This document shows, piece after piece, positions 38,365-48,484 of a stretch of DNA of 64,000 nt. Within the stretch, counting starts at the first letter, position 1. Every line of letters begins with the position of its first letter. The position numbers were made by a program, and so were the translations under genes. The stretch covers positions 928,001-992,000 of the forward strand of contig OY968769.1 in NCBI GenBank assembly GCA_963695345.1, given 5' to 3'. The DNA is from an uncultured Methanomassiliicoccales archaeon. Lineage in GTDB: Archaea > Thermoplasmatota > Thermoplasmata > Methanomassiliicoccales > UBA472. The notes under the pieces were generated by a model that made no database searches, was not told the DNA's origin, and was given only the letters and a program-made list of their open reading frames with translations.

Positions 38365-40078
38365 ATGCTCAACGAAAAGGTCGCCTCCATCCTCTACGAG
38401 ATAGCGGACCTGCTGGAATTGAAAGGGGGAGAACCTTTCAAGCCGCGGGCCTACCGGAACGCAGCCCACACCATCGAGGAGATGCGGGAGGACATCGAGG
38501 ACGTTTACAGACAGGGTAAGCTCCGCGGGATACCCGGGGTCGGGCGACGCCATCGCCAAGAAGGTGGCGGAGATCATTGATACCGGTGAGCTGGGCTACC
38601 TGACCGAATTGAGGAACGAGTTCCCTTCCGGGCTGATCCAGCTGATGGCGGTGCCGGAGATCGGACCGAAGACCACCTTACTGCTGTACAAACAACTAAA
38701 CATCACCAACCTGCAGGAGCTGAAGCTGGCGGTCGAGCAGCACCGTATCCGCAGACTGAAAGGGTTCGGCCAGAAGACCGAGGAGAACATCCTTAACGGC
38801 ATCAGGCTAGTGGAATCGTCGAAGGGCAGGATGCTGCTCGGCAACGCCTACCCGGCAGGCAAGAAGATGGTGGACTTCCTCCTCGCCCAGGGTGTGGAAC
38901 ATGTGAGCCTGGCCGGATCGCTCCGGAGAATGAAGGAGACCATCGGCGACATCGATGTGCTGGCGGGCAGCGATGAACCGGCCCGGGTGATGTACCAGTT
39001 CGTCCACGGCCCCGAGGTGAAGGAGATCATCGGCCAGGGGCAAACCAAGGCGTCGGTGCGTCTGAAGGACGATGTCCAGGTCGACCTGCTGGTGGTCCCG
39101 GACAAGAGCTTCGGGGCCGCCCTGCAGTACTTCACCGGAAGCAAGGAGCACAACATCAAGCTTACGATCCCTGGCCATCGACAGGGATATAAGTTGAACG
39201 AGTTCGGGCTGTTCAGGAAGGAAACCGACGAGATGGTGGCCGGACACACGGAGGAGGACATCTACCGGGTCCTGGGCGTGGACATCATGCCGCCGGAGAT
39301 GCGCGAGGACCGGGGGGAGATAGAGGCGGGCCTGGCGCACAGCATACCGCGGATCGTCGAGCTTTCCGACATCAAAGGCGATTTCCACGTGCACACGGAT
39401 ATGAGCGACGGGAACGCCAGCATGGAGGCCATGGCCGAAGCGGCCCGGCAGAAGGGCTACCAATACATGGCCATCACCGACCACTCGGAATCACTAACCA
39501 TCGCCGGCGGTCTCTCGGTCGAGCGGCTCAGAAAGAACATCGCGGAGGCCAGGAGGTTATCGGAGAAGATGGCCCCGTTCCGCGTCATCATCGGGACGGA
39601 GGTGGAGATCGAGGAGAACGGGAAGCTGGAGTATCCCGACGATGTGCTTAGAGAGCTGGACCTGGTGGTTGGTGCGGTGCATTCGAGGTTCAAGATGTCC
39701 GAGATGGAGATGACCAACCGGATCATCACGGCCATGTCGAACGAGAACCTGACCATATTGGCCCATCCCACCGGCCGGAGGATAGGACAGCGGGAACAAT
39801 ACCAGGTCAACATCGATCTGGTGATGGATGCGGCGAAGGAAAAGGACGTTCTGCTGGAGATCAACGCCTTCCCGGAGCGCCTGGACCTGAACGACGCCAA
39901 TTGCCGCAAGGCCCGGGAAAAGGGACTGAACCTGGTCATCTGCACCGATTCGCACAGCATCAAGCACCTTGACTACATGGTCTATGGGGTCGCCATGGCC
40001 AGAAGGGGGTGGCTCGGACCCGAGCACATAGTCAACACCCAGCCTCTGGCCGAGCTGGAAAGGACCCTGGGACTGTGA
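38365..40078 (+). CDS. polX: DNA polymerase X with PHP 3'-5' exonuclease domain (frameshift ~38543; compensated pair ~39163-39186)
   Basis: RAYRNAA, IPGVG, AGSLRR..TIGDID, QVDL, YFTGSK.HN, DFHVHT, ITDHS, AHPTGR, EIN, TDSH. Confidence 0.93.
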
Positions 40079-40156
40079 TCGGACCGCTCCTATGATACCC
40101 AGACCACTGCCTCTCGGCCAACCTTTATGTCCAGAGAGCAGGTATTACGTCTTTAG

Positions 40157-41083
40157 ATGACGGCCAAGGAAGTTGCCAATGCCATCCGGTCGATGGAGAT
40201 CCGGGGCGCCGCGGAGATCGCCAGGAGGGCGGCCATCGCCCTCAGGGAAGAAGCGTTGGCCTATGGCGGGAAGGACATCGGAGAGTTCCGCAAGGGAATG
40301 GAGGGTTCGAAAGAGATCCTCCTGGAATCGCGACCCACAGCGGTTTCCCTGTGGAACGGGGTCCAGTCGGTGTTCAAGAGGACCTCCGACATCGCCGACC
40401 TGGAAGAATACCGTTCCGCCCTGGTGCGCAACGCTGACGAGTTCGTAACCCGCTCCAACGAGGCGTTGAAGATCATCGGCCATCTGGGAGCCAATCGCAT
40501 TCAGGACGGGGACCGGGTGATGACGCACTGCAACAGCAAGGCCGCGCTGAGCGCGATAATCACCGCCTGGAAGGAGGGAAAGAGGATCGAGGCGGTGGTC
40601 ACCGAGTCGCGGCCGTGGCGGCAGGGGGTGCTCTCCGCCAACGACCTGGCCAGGGCGGGCGTTCCAACCACGATGATCATCGACTCGGCGGTACGGCATC
40701 AGATGAAGGACATCGACGCCGTGTTCGTGGGGGCGGACACCATCTGTTCAAACGGGGCGCTGATCAACAAGATCGGCACCTCGCAGGTAGCGCTGGCGGC
40801 GCACGAGGCACGGGTGCCGTTCATGGTCTGCGCCGAGACTTTCAAGTTCTCGCCCCGGACCATATACGGCCAGATGGTCAAGATCGAGGAGAGGGACGCG
40901 ACCGAGATCGTGAAGCCAGGAGAAGTTCCGGATTCCGTCAGGATATTCAATCCGGTGTTCGATGCCACTCCGCCGGAGTACATCGACTCGATCGTGACCG
41001 AGGTTGGGGTGATCCCGCCCTTCGCCGCGTACGAGATAATCGTCAGGGAACTGGGACAGGAATTCGTATTCAATGAGCATTGA
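40157..41083 (+). CDS. e2b2: Ribose-1,5-bisphosphate isomerase (eIF2B-like)
   Basis: SMEIRGA, RPTAVSL.N, MTHCNS, ESRP..QG, VGAD, NKIGT, NPVFD.TP. Confidence 0.92.
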   Translation: MTAKEVANAIRSMEIRGAAEIARRAAIALREEALAYGGKDIGEFRKGMEGSKEILLESRPTAVSLWNGVQSVFKRTSDIADLEEYRSALVRNADEFVTRSNEALKIIGHLGANRIQDGDRVMTHCNSKAALSAIITAWKEGKRIEAVVTESRPWRQGVLSANDLARAGVPTTMIIDSAVRHQMKDIDAVFVGADTICSNGALINKIGTSQVALAAHEARVPFMVCAETFKFSPRTIYGQMVKIEERDATEIVKPGEVPDSVRIFNPVFDATPPEYIDSIVTEVGVIPPFAAYEIIVRELGQEFVFNEH

Positions 41084-41107
41084 TTGAGGATTTGAGGAGG
41101 GAAAGAA

Positions 41108-42352
41108 ATGGAATATTCCGAGAAATATCTGCACCTGGGCGAAAAGCTCGACCCGGAATCGCACGTGTTCTGCACTTACAAGGTCAAGACCGACATGCCG
41201 ATGAGGGAGGCCGCGGCGGCCATCGCCACCGAGCAGTCCACCGGGACCTGGACCGAAATCAGCACGCTGAAGGAGGAGAACTTCGTCCGCCGCAGCGGAA
41301 AGGTGGTCGATATCCAGGGCAATTACTGCGTGATCGCCTTTCCGACCGAGGATTTCAGCATCGATATCGGCGGCGTTCCCCAGATCCTGAGCGTGGTGGC
41401 GGGGAACCTGTTCGGACTGGACGTTCTGTCGGGCGTCCGTCTCGAGGACGTGGTCTATCCGAACGAGATACTGGAGCAGTTCAAGGGCCCCAAGTTCGGG
41501 ATCGACGGATTGAGAAAGATCCTGAAACGGCCGGAGAAGCCGCTGGTGGGCACCATCGTGAAACCTAAGATCGGGCTTTCGCCCCGGGAGACCGCCGAGT
41601 ACGTGTACGAGGCGGGCATGGGCGGACTTACCAACGGCAAGGACGATGAGACGCTGGTCAACCAAAAGTTCTGCCCGCTGGACGACCGGGTGGTGGCGAT
41701 CGCGGAGGCTCTGGACCGGGTCAAGAAGGAATCCGGGCACGTCATGATCCACGCCATCAACGTCTCCACCCGGGGCGACAAGATACTGGAAGTGGCCCAG
41801 CGTGCCCAGGACCTGGGCGCTTCGCAGATCATGGTGGACGTGATAACCTGCGGCTTCGCCGCCGTACAGGTCCTGGCGGAGGACCCATCGATAAAGCTCC
41901 CCATCCACGTGCACCGGACGATGCACGCCGCCATCACCAGGAACAAGGACCACGGCATCTCCATGAAGGTGTTCGCGGAACTGTCCCGCATGTGCGGGGC
42001 GGACGCTTTGCACATCGGGACCTACGGTGTCGGCAAGATGACCGGGGACCCGAAGGCGGACCTGGAATACCAGCACGTATGCGTCGGACCGGACATGCCC
42101 TACAAGAGAACCATGCCGGTGGCCTCCGGAGGGGTCCAGCCGGCCATGGTCCCGAAGATCATTGCCATCGCCGGGAACGACGTGCAGATCCAGGCCGGAG
42201 GCGGTGTTTCCGGCCATCCACATGGCGTACGGGGAGGGGCCAAGGCCATGGCCCAGGCGGTGGAGGCGGGATATCTCGGCCTCACCGCCGAACAGTATGC
42301 CAAGGACCACCTGGAGCTGCGCCAGGCACTTGAGAAATGGGGATCGGCATGA
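41108..42352 (+). CDS. rbcL: Form III RuBisCO large subunit
   Basis: EQSTGTW, AGN, GTIVKPK.GL, KDDE, H.HR.MH, HIGT..GK, ASGG, AGGG..GHP. Confidence 0.93.
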   Translation: MEYSEKYLHLGEKLDPESHVFCTYKVKTDMPMREAAAAIATEQSTGTWTEISTLKEENFVRRSGKVVDIQGNYCVIAFPTEDFSIDIGGVPQILSVVAGNLFGLDVLSGVRLEDVVYPNEILEQFKGPKFGIDGLRKILKRPEKPLVGTIVKPKIGLSPRETAEYVYEAGMGGLTNGKDDETLVNQKFCPLDDRVVAIAEALDRVKKESGHVMIHAINVSTRGDKILEVAQRAQDLGASQIMVDVITCGFAAVQVLAEDPSIKLPIHVHRTMHAAITRNKDHGISMKVFAELSRMCGADALHIGTYGVGKMTGDPKADLEYQHVCVGPDMPYKRTMPVASGGVQPAMVPKIIAIAGNDVQIQAGGGVSGHPHGVRGGAKAMAQAVEAGYLGLTAEQYAKDHLELRQALEKWGSA

Positions 42353-43869
42353 AGCTCAGGGCGAGGTTCGTGGACGTGGAGACGGGAGAGACCACCGCCC
42401 TCCTGCACATCGATGACGCGCAGGACATGGCGCTGCGCGAGCAGGACCGGGTCAGGATCGTTCACGAAGGGAAGGCCGTCACCGCCATCATCAACACCTC
42501 GGACACGGTCATCGACAAAGGTGAGGTCGGCCTGCTCGGCCGGGCCTTCAAGACCATCGGTCCGGAGCCGGGGGAGCCGATCGACGTCAACCCGGCCACC
42601 CGCCCCGAGTCGGTCGAGTATATCCGGAAGAAAATGGACGGAGGGGAACTGAGCACCGACGAGATCAACATCGTCGTCAAGGACATCGCCACCCGGACGC
42701 TTTCCAACATCGAGCTCTCAGCCTACGTCACCTCGCTGCACATCAACGGAATGAACATCCGGGAGACCGCCGACCTCACCAAGGCCATGGTCAACACGGG
42801 AGAGACCATAACGTTCGACAAAGGCCCGATATTCGACTTCCATTCCATCGGAGGCTGCCCCGGGAACAAGGTCACCCTGCTCATCGTCCCGATCGTGGCG
42901 GCAGGCGGCCTGCTCATCCCGAAGACCTCTTCCAGGGCGATCAGCTCCGCCGCCGGAACGTCCGACATAGTGGAGGTGTTCGCCAACGTGGACTTCGACT
43001 CCGCGAGCCTGAAGCGCATCACGCAGGAGGTGGGAGGCATCATGGCGTGGGGAGGATCGTTGAACCTGGCCCCGGCGGACGACGTGATCATCAAGGCCGA
43101 GTATCCCCTCGGCATCGACCCGCACGCGCAGCTGCTGGCATCGGTCATGTCCAAGAAGAAGGCGGTCGGCGCCGACTACCTGCTCATGGACATCCCGATG
43201 GGAGAAGGGACGAAGGTCAGGACCATGGACGAGGCGAAGGCCTACGCCCGCGACTTCATAGACCTGGGCGAGAAGCTGGGCATGAAGGTGGAATGCGCCA
43301 TCACCTACGGCGGCCAGCCGGTGGGGAGGGCGATCGGCCCGGCCCTGGAGGCGAGGGAGGCGATCTCCGTGCTGGAAGGGGCTAAGTCACCCACTAGCGT
43401 CATCGAGAAGACGATATCGCTGGCGGGGATGATATTTGACATGGGAGGGGCGTACAATGGAGAAGAGAAGGCCAGGGATATCCTGTCCTCGGGGAAGGCG
43501 CTCAGGAAGTTCCAGGAGATGGTGGGCGCCCAGGGAGGTGACCCGGACATCAAGTCGACGGACATCAAGGTCGGGGAGCACAGCGTCGACGTCCTTTCCA
43601 AGAAGTCCGGGTATGTCTCGAGGATCAAGAACAAGGAGCTGGTCCGCGTGGCCAGGGCGGCCGGGTCGCCGCGGGACAAGGGAGCCGGTGTGGTCCTCAG
43701 CAAGAAGGTGGGCAGCAAGGTCGACCAGGGCGAGACGTTACTGACAATCTACGCGGACAACGAACAGAAGATGCAGGACGCCTTGGCTGTCTCCATGAAG
43801 CTCGATCCGGTCATCATTGAGGGCATGGTCCTGGCGAGGATCCCTTCATTCATCCGGACGGTCGGCTGA
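42349..43869 (+). CDS. deoA: AMP phosphorylase
   Basis: Archaeal N-terminal double-psi barrel, HSIGGCPGNK, PKTSSRAISSAAGT.D, LASVMSKK, IGPALEA; ATGA overlap with rbcL. Confidence 0.93.
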   Translation: MKLRARFVDVETGETTALLHIDDAQDMALREQDRVRIVHEGKAVTAIINTSDTVIDKGEVGLLGRAFKTIGPEPGEPIDVNPATRPESVEYIRKKMDGGELSTDEINIVVKDIATRTLSNIELSAYVTSLHINGMNIRETADLTKAMVNTGETITFDKGPIFDFHSIGGCPGNKVTLLIVPIVAAGGLLIPKTSSRAISSAAGTSDIVEVFANVDFDSASLKRITQEVGGIMAWGGSLNLAPADDVIIKAEYPLGIDPHAQLLASVMSKKKAVGADYLLMDIPMGEGTKVRTMDEAKAYARDFIDLGEKLGMKVECAITYGGQPVGRAIGPALEAREAISVLEGAKSPTSVIEKTISLAGMIFDMGGAYNGEEKARDILSSGKALRKFQEMVGAQGGDPDIKSTDIKVGEHSVDVLSKKSGYVSRIKNKELVRVARAAGSPRDKGAGVVLSKKVGSKVDQGETLLTIYADNEQKMQDALAVSMKLDPVIIEGMVLARIPSFIRTVG

Positions 43870-43910
43870 TCGCAAACCCCTTCTCTGCGCCCCCGCCCGG
43901 CGGAGGCCAA

Positions 43911-44642
43911 TCATTTCTGATATTCCTCGACCGCCTCGGTCAGGCTTATCTTTCCCCGGGCAACCTGGGAGGCCAGCTCGGTGGATATGGTCACCCGCCC
44001 GCGGGATTCGATGCGGCTCAGGCGTTTGATGTCGCGCACCTCCCCGGGGGTGGGGCAGACTTCCGGCTGGAAGAGGACCTTCTCGCCGGAGGTGAAGGCG
44101 ATCATGATGGCGGCGTCGATATCCGGAGTCTCCGTCCTCTTCGTGGTCTTGGTTTCGTCCACTATCTCGACCTCGTCGGCCAGGTCCCATACGGCATGGA
44201 TGATGCGGTTCCGATTGGTCGGGTCGCCATGACCTATGCGGATCAGGATGTGCTCGAAGTCCAGGTTCCAGGTCATCCGGATGAGCGTTTCCATGACATC
44301 CTCGGGGCTGTAGACCTTTTCCGTGTCGATGATCCTGCCGTCCCCGATCACCACGATCCCCGGCGTCCTTCCCGGGTCGATCCCGACCACGATCCGGGAG
44401 AATCTTTTCCCCCGGAGAACCGAGCGGGCCGCCTTGAAGGCGAAGTCCGGGTCGTCGTCTGAGACGACGGTCGGAAAACGAACCCGGTCCCGTTCCGCGT
44501 TGGTCGTGATGATCGCCCCCACGCTCTCCGGTATCGGGTCGTCTAGACCAAGCGAGACGAACGGTTCCCCCCTCTCCTTCAGAAGCCGGACCATCCGGTG
44601 GAAGAATCGAAAATCCTCCGTGACCAGGCCTATTACCTTCAT
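43911..44642 (-). CDS. Uncharacterised protein with RNase H-like (YqgF/RuvC-like) domain
   Basis: VVGIDPG..PG, RIGHG, IVDE..TT, DIDAA..IA. Confidence 0.65.
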   Translation of the reverse strand: MKVIGLVTEDFRFFHRMVRLLKERGEPFVSLGLDDPIPESVGAIITTNAERDRVRFPTVVSDDDPDFAFKAARSVLRGKRFSRIVVGIDPGRTPGIVVIGDGRIIDTEKVYSPEDVMETLIRMTWNLDFEHILIRIGHGDPTNRNRIIHAVWDLADEVEIVDETKTTKRTETPDIDAAIMIAFTSGEKVLFQPEVCPTPGEVRDIKRLSRIESRGRVTISTELASQVARGKISLTEAVEEYQK

Positions 44643-44672
44643 CTCTGTTCTTGAAACGGTCGATGCACGGAT

Positions 44673-45911
44673 TTAATTCTTGTCCTGGACCCTTCGCGTG
44701 TCCGCTCCGTTGATGCCGGAGGTCAACATCCTGGTCAGGGCCATGAAACCAATGGCCGACATGACCCCGATGACCCCCACCGCCATCCAGAACAACACCT
44801 GGTCCTGTATCGCGTCCACCATCACCCCGCCGACGAAAGGGGCTGAGGACCAGCCGAAGCTGGCGAAAAGCCCGAAGATCCCCATGTATCTTCCCCGGGT
44901 CGCCTCCGCCGACATGCTGGCCACAAGATTCATCGACGCAGGTGAGACGATCATCTCAGCAACCGTCACGATCGAAATCGCGAGGGTCAGCATCCAGAAG
45001 TCATGGGTCAGCCCAATGAACATGAAACCGACGGTGTACACGATGGCTCCGGCGGCCATCACGTGCGATGTCTTGAAATTCCCGATGTAGCGGGCCATGG
45101 GGAATTGGGCGACCACCACCAGGACGGCAGTGATGCCGAAGATGATACCGATATTGAGCTCGTTCTGGCCGGCCGAATCCTTGGCGTACACCGGGAAGGT
45201 GGATGTCATCTGGCCAGCCATAATGAACACCAGCAGGCACATGACGCAGAAGAAGATGAAGGAGCTGTTGCGGAAGATCGCGGAAGATCCCTTCCAGCCG
45301 GATGTGCTCTCAGCACCCATTGTCGGCCTGGACTCACTGATCCACAACTGGATTATAATCCCGGCTATGAAGCATAGGATCGCACTGCAATAGAAGATCA
45401 GGGAGTAGGAAATGGTCGCCAGCACCCCCCCGACCATCGGACCGATGATCCAGCCAAGGTTCATGCCCACACGCAGCAGTCCATAGACCTCCAGGCGCCT
45501 GCTCGGTTCCACGATGTCGGCCACCATGGCATTGTTGGCCGGTTCGAAGGTCGAACCGAGGAAGAAGTTGACCGCCACCAGTATCGTTAGCATGAACAGG
45601 TCCACGGCACCGGCAATATAGACGCCGATCACCACGAAGACCAGACCCCTGACGATGATCGATACCGCCATTATCCTCTTCCTACCGTAGGCATCGGCGA
45701 TCTCTCCTCCGATCAGGTTGCCGACCGCACCGGCACCGGCGGCGACCAGCAGTATCAGACCGACCAACGACATGGAGATGTTGAGCTGGGAATGCAGGTA
45801 GATCGCCAAGAACGGGTACATGAAGGAGAACCCGGCCCCGTCGATGGTCCGAGCGGTGAAAAGGGTCCAGACCCTGCGGTCGAAACCACCGAACCTCTTG
45901 CTGAATCCCAT
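44673..45911 (-). CDS. MFS transporter
   Basis: About 12 TM; GGEIADAYGRK motif A; GGAGG upstream of ATG. Confidence 0.92.
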   Translation of the reverse strand: MGFSKRFGGFDRRVWTLFTARTIDGAGFSFMYPFLAIYLHSQLNISMSLVGLILLVAAGAGAVGNLIGGEIADAYGRKRIMAVSIIVRGLVFVVIGVYIAGAVDLFMLTILVAVNFFLGSTFEPANNAMVADIVEPSRRLEVYGLLRVGMNLGWIIGPMVGGVLATISYSLIFYCSAILCFIAGIIIQLWISESRPTMGAESTSGWKGSSAIFRNSSFIFFCVMCLLVFIMAGQMTSTFPVYAKDSAGQNELNIGIIFGITAVLVVVAQFPMARYIGNFKTSHVMAAGAIVYTVGFMFIGLTHDFWMLTLAISIVTVAEMIVSPASMNLVASMSAEATRGRYMGIFGLFASFGWSSAPFVGGVMVDAIQDQVLFWMAVGVIGVMSAIGFMALTRMLTSGINGADTRRVQDKN

Positions 45912-46021
45912 GAAATCCTCCTTTCTCACTATTCAGGTCATTGGCCATTACGATTCCGGTGGGGCAGTACCCTCCTGGGACGATGTCCGAAGGCGACGAC
46001 CCTGGAACAGAGCATACCACC

Positions 46022-47254
46022 TCAGACCGCGCCGGAACTGTTCAAGGTGTCGCTGATGTGCCTCCCCAGCAACAGATAGCCGACCATGGCGACGATCCCG
46101 AACAGCCCTATCGACATCCACAGCAGGACCGGGGAGCCTATCAGGAGGTCCATTAGCACCCCTCCTACGAAAGGACCGGCGGCGAAACCATAGGAGGAGA
46201 ACATACCATAGAAGCCCATGTAACGGCCCCGCTCGTCCTCCGGGGACATGTTGGCCACCAGGTTCATCGACGACGGCGAGACCACCATCTCGCCCATGGT
46301 GATCACCAGCATGCATAGTGACAGGAAGAGGAAGTCCGGGGCCAAACCGACCATGCCGTACCCTATGGCGTAGAACAGCGAGCCCAAGGCGATGACCGAG
46401 CACATCCGGTGGTGACTGATGACCCGGGCGATCGGCAGCTGGAGGAACACCACCATCATCCCGTTAATGGCATACAGGTAACCGACCTCGGCGAGGCTGA
46501 TATGCACCTGCTTCTCCGAATAGACGGCGAAGGTGGAGGACATCTGCCCGAACATGATGAACAGGAAAAGCGAGATAAGGCAGAAGGCGGCGAACTGCCG
46601 ATTCCGGGTGATCTTGACCAGATCCATGACCTTGTAGCGCTGATGGGACTCCCCCGGGACCCGGGACTCGCTCAGCATGACCGCCATGAAAGCGGCCACC
46701 GCGCCGGTGGCGATCCCGCCCAGGAGGAACAGGAACGAGAACGACAGGAGTGCCAGCAGACCTCCTATCATCGGGCCCAAGGCCCATCCCAGGTTGGCCC
46801 CGATGCGGAGCAGTCCATACGCGTCAAGCCTTCTGCTGGCCGGGACGATGTCCGCTACCATGGCGTTGCTGGCCGGTTCGAACATCGATCCCATGAAGGA
46901 GCTGATGGTGATCATGATGGCGATTATGAGATAGCCGGAGACGAAGGCGATGACGGCGGCTATGAGCACCATCATCACCGCACGCCCCACCAGGGCAATG
47001 CCCATTATCCGCTTCCGGCCGAACTTGTCAGCGATCTCTCCGCCGACGATGTTGCCGGTGGCGCCGATGGCGGTGGAAATCAGGAGCACAAACCCGACCT
47101 CGGTCATCGATACGCCGAGCTCGCCATTGAGGTACAGCGCCAAGAACGGCAGCGCCATGGAAAAGCCGGTCGCCTGGATTATCCTCCCGTAGAACAATAC
47201 CCAGACCCTCCGGTCGAAGCCGTCGAACGATCGGCCTATTCTTGGATGGCGCAT
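46022..47254 (-). CDS. MFS transporter (tandem paralog)
   Basis: GGEIADKFGRK, FEPA.NAMVADIV, RGRYMG shared with neighbour. Confidence 0.92.
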   Translation of the reverse strand: MRHPRIGRSFDGFDRRVWVLFYGRIIQATGFSMALPFLALYLNGELGVSMTEVGFVLLISTAIGATGNIVGGEIADKFGRKRIMGIALVGRAVMMVLIAAVIAFVSGYLIIAIMITISSFMGSMFEPASNAMVADIVPASRRLDAYGLLRIGANLGWALGPMIGGLLALLSFSFLFLLGGIATGAVAAFMAVMLSESRVPGESHQRYKVMDLVKITRNRQFAAFCLISLFLFIMFGQMSSTFAVYSEKQVHISLAEVGYLYAINGMMVVFLQLPIARVISHHRMCSVIALGSLFYAIGYGMVGLAPDFLFLSLCMLVITMGEMVVSPSSMNLVANMSPEDERGRYMGFYGMFSSYGFAAGPFVGGVLMDLLIGSPVLLWMSIGLFGIVAMVGYLLLGRHISDTLNSSGAV

Positions 47255-47305
47255 TTCTCATCACAGCTGTTGATGCTTGAGAAAACACCGGGACGTTTAA
47301 CCCTT

Positions 47306-47330
47306 TCCAGTGTCAATTGCTAGCACTGGA
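47306..47330 (-). terminator. Possible hairpin immediately downstream of dnaJ
   Basis: TCCAGTG...CACTGGA inverted repeat. Confidence 0.35.
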
Positions 47331-47332
47331 CG

Positions 47333-48469
47333 TTATTTGTGCCGCCCGAAGAAGCTCTTCTTCTGGGTGTCGAGCTCGGAGAATTTCTTCAGCAGTTCCT
47401 TCTGCTCCTGGCTCAGCTTCTTGGGTACCTTGAGGTGCACGCGCACGAATTGGTCGCCCTTCCCGCGGGAGTCGATGCGGTCCAGACCGGCACCCTTCAG
47501 CTTGAAGTCGGTACCGGGCTGGGTGCCCGGCGGAATGGTCAACTTGGCGGCTCCGAACAGCGTCGGCACCTCGATCTCGGCACCCATCGCCGCATCGGGG
47601 AACGATATGTCCTGCTCGATCAGCAGGTCCGCCCCGTCTCGTTTGAATATCTCATGCTCGGCCACGTGGATGACCAGGTAAAGGTCCCCGGGAGGTCCGC
47701 CATTGGGCGACCGCTCTCCCGCCCCGGACACCCGCAGTCTCATGCCGGTGTCGACGCCTTTGGGGATCTCGAACTCGATCTTCTGCGGTTTGCGGATATA
47801 ACCCTCGCCGTCGCACTTGGGACAGGGGTGCTCGATCAGCGTTCCCTTGCCAGCGCATTTGGGACAGGCGCCCACCGACACGAACTGGTTGTTGCCCTGG
47901 CGAACGACGCGCTGGACCTGACCTTTGCCGCCGCAGGTGGGGCAGGTATGGTTCTTTCCATCCTTGGAGCCGGTCCCATGGCACTGGTCGCACTTCATCG
48001 AGGTGGGAACGGTGATCTCCCGCTTGACCCCCTTGGCCGCGTCCTCCAGCTCGATCTCGATGTCCATCCGCAGATGCTGACCCTGGCGGGGTCCGCGCTG
48101 CTGGCCGCCTCCGCCGAAGAAAGCCTCGAATATGTTGCCGAAAGGGGAGCCGGACATGTCCCCGCCGAAGATGTCGTTCAGGTCCTGCCCGTGCGAGAAG
48201 TCCTGCCAGGAGAAGTTGCCCTCCTGGGAGAACTGGCCGGAAACGCCTGCATGGCCGTATTTGTCGTACAGCTTCCGCTTCTCAGAGTCCGCCAGAACCT
48301 CGTATGCCTCGGATATCTCCTTGAAGCGTTCCTCGGCGTGGGCCGAGTCCTCCTTGGTCACGTCTGGGTGGTACTGCTTTGCCAGCTTGCGGTAGGATGA
48401 CTTGATGTCATCGACGCTGGCGTCCTTGGCGACGCCTAGCGTCTCGTAGTAGTCTTTCTTGTCGGCCAT
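47333..48469 (-). CDS. dnaJ: Chaperone DnaJ
   Basis: J-domain HPD, G/F region, four CxxCxGxG repeats. Confidence 0.97.
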   Translation of the reverse strand: MADKKDYYETLGVAKDASVDDIKSSYRKLAKQYHPDVTKEDSAHAEERFKEISEAYEVLADSEKRKLYDKYGHAGVSGQFSQEGNFSWQDFSHGQDLNDIFGGDMSGSPFGNIFEAFFGGGGQQRGPRQGQHLRMDIEIELEDAAKGVKREITVPTSMKCDQCHGTGSKDGKNHTCPTCGGKGQVQRVVRQGNNQFVSVGACPKCAGKGTLIEHPCPKCDGEGYIRKPQKIEFEIPKGVDTGMRLRVSGAGERSPNGGPPGDLYLVIHVAEHEIFKRDGADLLIEQDISFPDAAMGAEIEVPTLFGAAKLTIPPGTQPGTDFKLKGAGLDRIDSRGKGDQFVRVHLKVPKKLSQEQKELLKKFSELDTQKKSFFGRHK

Positions 48470-48484
48470 GCGGACTCATCTTGC

